From Candidatus Omnitrophota bacterium (GTDB taxonomy: Bacteria; Omnitrophota; Gorgyraeia; Zapsychrales; Zapsychraceae): DNA of 56,000 nucleotides. The translations under genes were made by a program, and so were the position numbers. This document shows positions 49,038 through 56,000 of this stretch, piece after piece (position 1 is the first letter of the stretch; every line of letters starts with the position of its first letter). Below the pieces are notes generated by a model. The model had not been told where the DNA came from. It did not search any database and saw only the letters and a program-made list of their open reading frames with translations. The stretch spans positions 1 to 56,000 of the forward strand of contig DOGZ01000010.1 in the NCBI GenBank assembly GCA_003528115.1, in the 5' to 3' direction.

Positions 49038-50688
49038 ATTTTTGCTTTTCTAATGCAAACATTAAATCTTTTTCCTTAATATATCCCATATCCATGAGGA
49101 TGTTGCCGAGGAATTGATGCTGTTCACTTTTTTTCCGGCAAACTTCTTGATGCAGGAGCGCTTCTTCGAGATATTGAAGTGTTATCAATTTGCTGCCTAA
49201 AAGAAGGTCCCCCAACCGGCACCGACAGGACCCCAGTTCTTCTTCGGAAGGATAGTGGTGAGATGTCTTGTCCCACGCGATCGCTTTCCCTGTCGCTAAA
49301 TGGCGGACATAAATCCGTACCGCACGAAAAGTCGCCACACAATTGATCAGGTTTCCCCATATCATCCGCGGGAATGAGAGCAAGGCCTGTCGGTACCCGT
49401 AGAGCCTCTGGACGCAATAAGCCCGTTGCACAATCCGTAATCCAAAAAACGCCGCGTTAATTAAAGTCACATTCCACAACCAAGTCCCTCGTTCCAGAAG
49501 CGGCGGATAGCGGTAGGTGTCCGGATTAATCCAGAGCATAAACCAGACCGATAACACACTTAATACGACCACATAGCCCAATATATTTATAAAATTCGTA
49601 ACGAGCGCCTTGCGGTCACGGAAAAGCATATATTTTGTCGCGAGGTCCCCTTTCCAGCCTAATTGGGCCCAGCCTTGAAAAGCAATGCCGATGATCCAGC
49701 GTGATTTTTGACGGACTGCGGCAGTAAAACTTTTGGGGAAATATTCACGGACGCAAACATATTCTTTAACTCTATTTTGAATGATCTTCTTGCTCCAAAA
49801 AGATTTCCGGGTTTGGGTCCTGGTAATCGCGAATTTTACAAAAATCTGCTTTAATCCATGCTTCTTTAATTGAAAGCCGAAATCATAATCTTCTGTTAAC
49901 GAGTCAAGACTGAACAATTGGCCGTTCTTCTCCTTCGATAATAAATCGAACGATCGGCGGCTGAACGCGCAGCCCACCCCTGCGGCCGGTATACTTTTAT
50001 TGATATCTTCCCGGACAATGATGTCCTTGTAATGCCCTTGCGCGAACTCATCGATATAATGTCCGGCGGTAAACTGGGACCACTTCACGGGCAGGGAAAA
50101 GACCGGTAGTTGCACCATGTCGTTACGCGGAATTAAATAGTTAAAAAGTTTATAGCAAAGGGGATGGATCACGTCCTCACAGTCCTGCATGACAAAAATG
50201 GAAAATTTGAGTTCTCTCTTTTTCTCAAAAAGTTTGATCCCCAGAAAAATGTTATTCAAACAATCCGCTTTATTGGTCGGCCCGTCCTGAGGACAAACAC
50301 ACAGTTGGATATTGGGATGCGCCTCTCTGACTTTTTCAACCTCGATTTGCGTCTTGAGGTCATTGGGATAAACACCCACAAAAATATGAAAATTTTTATA
50401 ATTTAAATTCTTCAGGGTGTTCATCAACATGGGACGAATGACGGAGGACTCGTCCCAGGCAGGGATCATGACGGCGATCGTTTGTTCAGGGCATTCGAGA
50501 AGCTGACGTTCCTGTAATGGGGCATACCGGCTATAAATAAATATTTTCCGGTAAAAGCTTCTTCCCATAAACCACAAATCTATAAAAAGGTCATCCGCCC
50601 CGCTTATGAGGAATATAACACTGGTCAGAATCAGGAGGAATTTCATCAGAACTAAAACGTACGGCAAAATATCCAACAATTCCATCAT
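49027..50688 (-). CDS. NfrB-like GT2 exopolysaccharide synthase with C-terminal MshEN (c-di-GMP-binding) domain
   Basis: 553 aa; N-terminal TM, GT2 catalytic core, 3 more TMs, then tandem MshEN motifs RLGDLLLGSKLITLQYLEEALLHQ and LGNILMDMGYIKEKDLMFALEKQ. Confidence 0.8.
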   Translation of the reverse strand: MMELLDILPYVLVLMKFLLILTSVIFLISGADDLFIDLWFMGRSFYRKIFIYSRYAPLQERQLLECPEQTIAVMIPAWDESSVIRPMLMNTLKNLNYKNFHIFVGVYPNDLKTQIEVEKVREAHPNIQLCVCPQDGPTNKADCLNNIFLGIKLFEKKRELKFSIFVMQDCEDVIHPLCYKLFNYLIPRNDMVQLPVFSLPVKWSQFTAGHYIDEFAQGHYKDIIVREDINKSIPAAGVGCAFSRRSFDLLSKEKNGQLFSLDSLTEDYDFGFQLKKHGLKQIFVKFAITRTQTRKSFWSKKIIQNRVKEYVCVREYFPKSFTAAVRQKSRWIIGIAFQGWAQLGWKGDLATKYMLFRDRKALVTNFINILGYVVVLSVLSVWFMLWINPDTYRYPPLLERGTWLWNVTLINAAFFGLRIVQRAYCVQRLYGYRQALLSFPRMIWGNLINCVATFRAVRIYVRHLATGKAIAWDKTSHHYPSEEELGSCRCRLGDLLLGSKLITLQYLEEALLHQEVCRKKSEQHQFLGNILMDMGYIKEKDLMFALEKQKYED

Positions 50689-50713
50689 TGCCCTCGGTTA
50701 TCAAAATTGATTA

Positions 50714-50812
50714 TTAGTGCACTGTCAAATTAATTTTTAAGTGCTGATTTTAAGAAAAAGTGCGCTGGTATACTGTGTTCCACTTTTAACAATTAAGATA
50801 ACACAGTATTAG
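50714..50812 (+). repeat. Structured intergenic repeat element, copy D
   Basis: Box1 AGTGCACT / Box2 AGTGCGCT; hairpin ATACTGTGTT...AACACAGTAT with the same TTAACAATTAAG loop as copy A. Confidence 0.7.
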
Positions 50813-50835
50813 GAACAAAGAATTTATCAACCGTA

Positions 50836-52065
50836 TTACAAAGAGTAGGCATGAGGAACCGGAGAAAAAGGGATATTTCGTGTTGATTGGGATGATGCAT
50901 GTTCTTGGCAGGTCATATTTAACAAATATTGGACGATGCGTTCTCCCGCGTGGCCGTCACCAAAAGGATTTTCCCCACGAATCATTGATGCATAAGCGAC
51001 AGGGTCATTTAATAAATGGGCGGCTTCCTGCACAATCAATTCCGGCCTGGCCCCGACCACTTTGGCCATTCCAGCTTGCATAGCCTCGGGCCGTTCGGTG
51101 AGTTTGCGTAAAACCAGCAAAGGTTTTCTCAAAGTGGGGGCTTCTTCCTGGACCCCTCCGGAATCCGTCAGAATAAGATAAGAACGTTTCATCAAATGAA
51201 TAAATGTATGGTAATCAAGAGGTCCTGTAAGAAATATTCTTTCCGTATTACCCAGAACTTCATGAGCTGTCTTTTGGACCACGGGGTTCATGTGCACCGG
51301 ATAAACCACAATGAGATCCGAAAATCGTTCAACCAAAAGTTTTATAGCCAGACAGATGTTCTGAAGATCGTTCCCCCAGGACTCCCGGCGATGCGAAGTG
51401 ACCAAGAGGATCCGGCGATTCGTCATCGGTATATGTTCGAGCGGCGTTTTTTCCAAACGGAAAGGCCTATCGAGCTGATAGTGGAGCGCGTCAACAACCG
51501 TATTACCCGTGATAAGGATATTGTCGGCACAAACGCCCTCTTGCAATAGTTGGTCACGGGATAAAGCGGTTGGAGCGAAATGCATTTTTGCTAAAACAGT
51601 CGTTAAACGGCGGTTGATTTCTTCAGGGAAGGGATTATGGATATCATAACTGCGCAACCCCGCTTCGATATGGCCGACTGGAATACGATTATAGAACGCG
51701 GCCATGGCGCTGCCAAAGACCGTGGTCGTATCCCCCTGGACTAAAAGCATATCAGGGCTGAGTTCACGCAACGTATCATTCATCAGGGACATGACGCGGC
51801 ACGTGAGATCACTCAACGTCTGCTGAGGCTGCATGACATTTAAATCGATGTCGGGAGTAATTTCAAAAAGTTCAAGGACCTGATCAAGCATTTGTCGATG
51901 CTGGGCGGTGGCAATCACAATGGTCTCTAACTCCTGAGACCTCCGTCGCAATGCCCGAACAACGGGAGCCATTTTGATAGCTTCCGGCCGTGTCCCGATA
52001 GTCAAGGCAATTCTAGGGCGATTAAAATCTTTCTTATATTGAGACTTATCAATCTTTAGGATCAT
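50836..52065 (-). CDS. wecB: UDP-N-acetylglucosamine 2-epimerase (non-hydrolysing)
   Basis: RIALTIGTRPEAIKMAPV N-terminus and full epimerase_2 length; start set at MILKID (52065, GGAGA Shine-Dalgarno 10 nt upstream); the longer frame to 52185 overlaps a degenerate repeat element. Confidence 0.9.
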   Translation of the reverse strand: MILKIDKSQYKKDFNRPRIALTIGTRPEAIKMAPVVRALRRRSQELETIVIATAQHRQMLDQVLELFEITPDIDLNVMQPQQTLSDLTCRVMSLMNDTLRELSPDMLLVQGDTTTVFGSAMAAFYNRIPVGHIEAGLRSYDIHNPFPEEINRRLTTVLAKMHFAPTALSRDQLLQEGVCADNILITGNTVVDALHYQLDRPFRLEKTPLEHIPMTNRRILLVTSHRRESWGNDLQNICLAIKLLVERFSDLIVVYPVHMNPVVQKTAHEVLGNTERIFLTGPLDYHTFIHLMKRSYLILTDSGGVQEEAPTLRKPLLVLRKLTERPEAMQAGMAKVVGARPELIVQEAAHLLNDPVAYASMIRGENPFGDGHAGERIVQYLLNMTCQEHASSQSTRNIPFSPVPHAYSL

Positions 52066-52077
52066 TGTTGAATTTCT

Positions 52078-52160
52078 CCATACTGCGCACATCTTCAAAT
52101 TGAAATATTTGAAATTTAAGTAACGCGGTACTGCAGGACAAATTTTTAAGAACGACCGTT
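52078..52160 (+). repeat. Degenerate copy F of the structured intergenic repeat element
   Basis: TACTGCGCAC...TCAAATTGAAAT...AATTTTTAAGAA shares Box1 and spacer motifs with copies A-D. Confidence 0.4.
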
Positions 52161-52335
52161 TATGAAGCGGAGGATAGATTAACAAAAGAGTCCAATATAA
52201 TCAATGGGACAATGTAGGACATATTGGTACAGGCAAATGGCGCGTCCCATGAACTCCCACCTCTTCCTGACTTAGAGAAATCATTTTCCGACGGAAATGA
52301 CTTTGTCCGTGGATCTACTATCAACAAAAAAGGCA

Positions 52336-52383
52336 CTAAATATATTTAGCATTGTTGCATTATCGAATGGACATAGGTATAAT
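52336..52383 (+). promoter_or_regulatory. Sigma-70-type promoter (TTGCAT-17bp-TATAAT) with upstream 14-bp palindrome CTAAATATATTTAG
   Basis: -35 at 52355-52360, -10 at 52378-52383, perfect palindrome at 52336-52349; 80 nt upstream of the 52463 gene. Confidence 0.6.
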
Positions 52384-52462
52384 CGTGCCAATCACAGAAC
52401 ACCTCAAGCTCAAATTCTCTAACCCAAATCAATACCGAAAATATTGATATGACACAGGGCGT

Positions 52463-53380
52463 ATGACCAATTCACTACCGGAACAAGACGGCAAGGACGA
52501 TCCTTTATTTAACCTCGACAGAAGAATTAAAAGTTTTGCCCGTGATTTACTAAACGAATTTAACGCAAATAAAATAAAACTGACCGCTATCCCCAGCCAC
52601 AAGCGTATCTTCGTGTTTTTCCTGACTCGAGCCATCAAGACATATTCGGCCATCAGTCACCTCAGCAAAGACGGTTATGGCCAGGACACCGCGACGCTTT
52701 TAAGAAGCCTTCTCGAGAACTTAATTTCCGCTAAATATATCCTTTCCGACTTTCTTTCCGCCGATGAGAAAGCTGTTCGCTTTGTTGCCTATAAGTGGAT
52801 CATATTTAAAAGGTATGTCGCCCATTTCGGCAATGAATCTCATCCAATCAAAGATTCGTTGTTAAACGAGCTTTCCTCCAATATGCCCATGATCCAAAAA
52901 AAAGTTGAAGAATTCAAATCTAAATACCGTATCCAATCCGACAAAGCCCTTATTACCTGGTCCGGGCGCTCCATACGCGATATGGCAAAGATGGCCAAAC
53001 CATCGCTTGAGGAAGAATACGACTTGACCTTTCGCACCTCCTCCCGTTTTTCTCATCCCAGCATCATCGGCGACCATGAATATCTTGATTGCAAAGATGA
53101 CCAGCTTATTTTCTCCCCTTTCCCCTCAGACATCGGAGTTCAGACAAACCTAAAACTTGCCCTGCGCTATCTGTTGGATTTCTTTGATCTTTTTGTCGCC
53201 TTATTTGACCTCAAAGCCAAGACTGAATTAAACAATCTGCGCGAAGTCTTCAAGATTGTCGAGCATGATGACGCATCGCAGGCTGAGCCTTCCTCCGGAA
53301 AATCCAACTTGAAATTAACATCGACACAAAAAGAAAATATTATTATTAAATTTCAAACCCCATCGCCAGATCAATATTAA
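52463..53380 (+). CDS. Hypothetical cytoplasmic protein of unknown function
   Basis: 305-aa ORF with a near-consensus promoter; no TM and no recognisable catalytic motif. Confidence 0.5.
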   Translation: MTNSLPEQDGKDDPLFNLDRRIKSFARDLLNEFNANKIKLTAIPSHKRIFVFFLTRAIKTYSAISHLSKDGYGQDTATLLRSLLENLISAKYILSDFLSADEKAVRFVAYKWIIFKRYVAHFGNESHPIKDSLLNELSSNMPMIQKKVEEFKSKYRIQSDKALITWSGRSIRDMAKMAKPSLEEEYDLTFRTSSRFSHPSIIGDHEYLDCKDDQLIFSPFPSDIGVQTNLKLALRYLLDFFDLFVALFDLKAKTELNNLREVFKIVEHDDASQAEPSSGKSNLKLTSTQKENIIIKFQTPSPDQY

Positions 53381-53490
53381 CCACCCCACAAAAAGCTCTT
53401 TCCTTTCTCCTCGTCATAAAAACTACATTTTTATTTCCTTTTCTGCCCCATGTGTCCGCGTGTGACCTGGTTTGTCCCCCACCTCCCAAT

Positions 53491-53546
53491 TGTCACAGAT
53501 TGTCATACTATGTCTTATTGACAATTTCAGCATAAGTCGTTATATA
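53491..53546 (+). promoter_or_regulatory. Sigma-70-type promoter (TTGACA-17bp-TATATA) with upstream ATTGTCA direct/inverted repeats
   Basis: -35 at 53518-53523, -10 at 53541-53546; AATTGTCA (53488-53495), ATTGTCA (53499-53505) and the inverted TGACAATT overlapping the -35. Confidence 0.55.
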
Positions 53547-53619
53547 GATTGCACACTTTTAACAGGACTCATTTGGTCATAATAAAAAGATCGCGCATTA
53601 CTGGCAAAGGAGCTTTCTG

Positions 53620-54465
53620 ATGAATGATTTAATGCTACAGCAGATCGAAAGGATCCCTATTTACCAGCATAACAAAGAAATTTTTCGGCTCTTATGCGGA
53701 TTAGATCTGGAAATTTGCAGACCCGACGGGAGCCCTCTTTATACTGCCACCAGCAGGAAAGATAAAATCAATACAAACGGCCTCATACAATGCCCTCTTA
53801 AGAAAAATTGCAAACAAAAGACTTTAGAAAACAGTCACTGCACAATTATAAACCCTCAAACTCTCACCCTCATTTGCCATAATCAAAGGCCGGAAATTTA
53901 TACCTGTCCCGATGGATTTAAAATGATTATCATCCCCATCGTTTTTAAAGAAGAGGTCGTGGGCCTCGTTTTCACCAAAGAAAAAGAACCCTTCCGCTTT
54001 CATGGCGAACAATGTCGAACCACGACAGATCTTCTCTATAAATTCATCAACGACACCGTCAAGAATGAATTCATGCAATTCGGTTTAACTTTGTATCAAG
54101 GGAATTCCGTGACACGCCAAAAAGAGCTCTTAAATAGGGCCGTTGATTATATTAAGAGAAATTATCAATCGAACGATTTAACTTTGCAAGAAGTCGCCCA
54201 AAATAACGGGATAAGCTATCACTATCTCAGCCGTCTTTTTAAAAAAGAATTAGACACGACTTTTGCCCAATTTAGGAATAAAGTACGTATGGAAGCGGCA
54301 AAAAAATTGCTTAAAAAGCAGCGTTTATCCGTATCCCAAATCTCCTTCGCCTGCGGATTTGATGATCCCGGCTATTTCTGCAAGGTATTCAAAAGCTCTT
54401 TCGGGGCATCTCCAGTGAACTTTCGCACCAAGAAACAGTCTAAGTCCCGACTCGATTCAAAATAA
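53620..54465 (+). CDS. AraC-family transcriptional regulator
   Basis: 281 aa; C-terminal double HTH (LQEVAQNNGISYHYLSRLFKK...VSQISFACGFDDPGYFCKVFK); Cys-rich N-terminal sensor domain; AGGAG Shine-Dalgarno. Confidence 0.85.
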   Translation: MNDLMLQQIERIPIYQHNKEIFRLLCGLDLEICRPDGSPLYTATSRKDKINTNGLIQCPLKKNCKQKTLENSHCTIINPQTLTLICHNQRPEIYTCPDGFKMIIIPIVFKEEVVGLVFTKEKEPFRFHGEQCRTTTDLLYKFINDTVKNEFMQFGLTLYQGNSVTRQKELLNRAVDYIKRNYQSNDLTLQEVAQNNGISYHYLSRLFKKELDTTFAQFRNKVRMEAAKKLLKKQRLSVSQISFACGFDDPGYFCKVFKSSFGASPVNFRTKKQSKSRLDSK

Positions 54466-54854
54466 AATCCCACCTTTTTCTTAAAATACTCTCTAAGCAA
54501 AATATTCTTTATTTTGAACAAATTCCTCCATGGTTTCTTTCTGAGATCAGATTATAATTTTTTTTAAATTAACGTTCCACACCCTCTATCGTTTTAACGG
54601 ACCGAACTCCGCTTAAAATAATTTATGTTTCTAAAAATGTAACAAACAATAAAAACTCATTGTGCTGACGCATATTCTCGCAATCCTTTTAAAAAACAAT
54701 TTTTTCCAATAATGCGGCAAATACCTCCATGGATTATTAAAAAAAAATTGATAAGATGTTGTTGTTCAAAAATATTTTTAGAATAGATCTCCTCTCTCTC
54801 AAAGAATAAAACAAGGCTCAACAATGAGTTTTTATCCGACGAGAAAATACAAAG

Positions 54855-54897
54855 AACCAAGTTTATCACACACCATGATTAAACTTGGTTTTTTTAT
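54855..54897 (+). terminator. Intrinsic terminator-like hairpin with no upstream CDS
   Basis: AACCAAGTTT-16nt loop-AAACTTGGTT followed by TTTTTTT. Confidence 0.55.
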
Positions 54898-55073
54898 TAC
54901 AGGAACAGTACAGATAACGAAAGGAGGGAAAAATCGCGGCACAGGGTTCACGATCTCTACCTTAATATAAAGGGATCGGTCAAACGGGTTACTGTTGAAA
55001 GGATTTCACTCTTTTCAACGCCCAAAGTTTATCAAATTAATGTAACTAAATGCAAAACGTGAGGATTTCACAC

Positions 55074-56000
55074 ATGAAAAAAATATTTTCTTTATTGTTA
55101 ACCCTCACCTTCGCAGCTTATCCCGTATCCGGCATGGCCGCCCAAGCGGTAAATCTTTCGGATACAGAAATGGATGAAATCGCTGCTGGAGAATGGGCAC
55201 TAGAACCAGAAGTCGCTTTTTACCAAAACCAAAGCAATTCAACCAAGAAAAATGTCTTAAAGGTTGAAGACAATTCACAATCTGAAATTACAGGCGTCAG
55301 CAATGCCAACGCAGTTGACAGCGCCGTTGCCGTTCAGTCAAACATATCAAACCAGACTGAAGGCCTTTTGGACGTTAACCAATCCAATGGCGCAACCGTC
55401 GAGAATCATTCTCAAACAGAAACAACGACCATCAAAGAGTACATCAAAGCTGATCTCACAACCAGCAAAGAATACAAAGAAGAGAATTTAAACACCACAA
55501 CCCACGAGACATCATCAACGACTGCCAACAAAGACACATATAAGGATGTCTCATTCACTGACAAAGACTCTTCTACAGCAAGCAGCAACTCATCATCACA
55601 GAGTTCTGCAAGCTCAGACAAAAATACTTATAAGAAAAACACATCAGATTCTTCCGGTTCCTCATCAAGCACCAGTGATGAAACAGCGAAGAATTACGAT
55701 TTGGACAAATCAAAAGCCAAATCAAGCAGTGATGCCTCCGCGTCTAGCAGTTCTGATTCAACCTCTTCTGCTCAAAACTCCAGCGATAAATTCAGCCTGG
55801 ACAAGAGCAAGGCGAAATCAAGCGCGGATGCGTCAAGCGATGAAAGTTCTTCATCAGCCAAATCCGCTGATGCCCAGAGCGACTCTTCTTCTTCTGCCGC
55901 TTCTTCTGATCAGTCAGCTAACAGCTCAGACAGCTTCGGCTTAGATAAAAAATCAGCCAACGCTGACAGTGCCGCAGCTAACAGCAGCGACTCTTCTTCT
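55074..56000 (+). CDS. Secreted Ser-rich low-complexity repeat protein, N-terminal part (continues beyond the window)
   Basis: ATG at 55074 preceded by GAGGA; signal peptide MKKIFSLLLTLTFAAYPVSGMAAQA; frame open to the window end; repeated DKSKAKSS(S/A)DAS units. Confidence 0.6.
   Translation, partial: MKKIFSLLLTLTFAAYPVSGMAAQAVNLSDTEMDEIAAGEWALEPEVAFYQNQSNSTKKNVLKVEDNSQSEITGVSNANAVDSAVAVQSNISNQTEGLLDVNQSNGATVENHSQTETTTIKEYIKADLTTSKEYKEENLNTTTHETSSTTANKDTYKDVSFTDKDSSTASSNSSSQSSASSDKNTYKKNTSDSSGSSSSTSDETAKNYDLDKSKAKSSSDASASSSSDSTSSAQNSSDKFSLDKSKAKSSADASSDESSSSAKSADAQSDSSSSAASSDQSANSSDSFGLDKKSANADSAAANSSDSSS

Noticed and set aside
54657-54869. 70-aa minus-strand ORF in the large spacer
   Set aside because: Hydrophobic low-complexity translation that starts inside the terminator hairpin, with no ribosome-binding site. 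A 48-codon plus-strand ORF running through the same hairpin is likewise rejected

Overview
This looks like a bacterial chromosomal segment of moderate GC, with compact minus-strand operons and 42 of about 46 genes on the minus strand. Main contents, in order:

- **1-9358:** an exopolysaccharide/capsule biosynthesis and export locus. Several of its genes match families known from PEP-CTERM/exosortase-associated EPS loci; no exosortase gene is in the window. A small four-helix-bundle (Avd-like) gene cassette is inserted in it.
- **9386-11448:** a mini MerR-type HTH gene, a 450-bp AT-rich spacer and rpoN (sigma-54).
- **11652-13762:** a cupin, a GT4 glycosyltransferase and a DUF3568 lipoprotein.
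- **13780-18282:** heme/siroheme genes hemL, hemB and an unusual tri-fusion of truncated HemC, CobA and HemD.
- **18430-20517:** a three-domain protein with cNMP-binding, degenerate MinD/ParA-like and patatin phospholipase domains.
- **20554-29481:** a beta-oxidation cluster (ACAD, fadB/J, fadA, PaaK-like ligase) interrupted by an rlmD-type RNA methyltransferase.
- **29731-32698:** transaldolase and a split transketolase.
- **32805-34082:** flotillin.
- **34243-42909:** an overlapping-gene glycan operon (GT4, GT2, two GT9, pyruvyl transferase, Wzx, DUF2079 membrane protein), ending at tRNA-Lys(CTT).
- **43114-44277:** a CPA2 antiporter.
- **44459-52065:** an NfrA/NfrB-like c-di-GMP-controlled secreted-polysaccharide module (DUF4434 hydrolase-like protein, TPR/beta-barrel outer membrane protein, GT2 synthase with a C-terminal MshEN c-di-GMP-binding motif, and WecB).
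- **52463-56000:** a plus-strand region with an orphan gene behind a near-consensus promoter, an AraC regulator, a 600-bp non-coding region with an orphan terminator, and the start of a Ser-rich secreted repeat protein.

The most notable non-genic signal is a family of about 100-bp structured intergenic elements in at least five copies, one of them a tandem dimer, always in the same orientation. They show compensatory base changes in a long-range helix and conserved hairpin loops, and the G-U wobbles fit plus-strand transcription. A second family of short inverted termini (GAGCTAAGA-type) flanks the four-helix-bundle cassette and a gene-less 180-bp segment.
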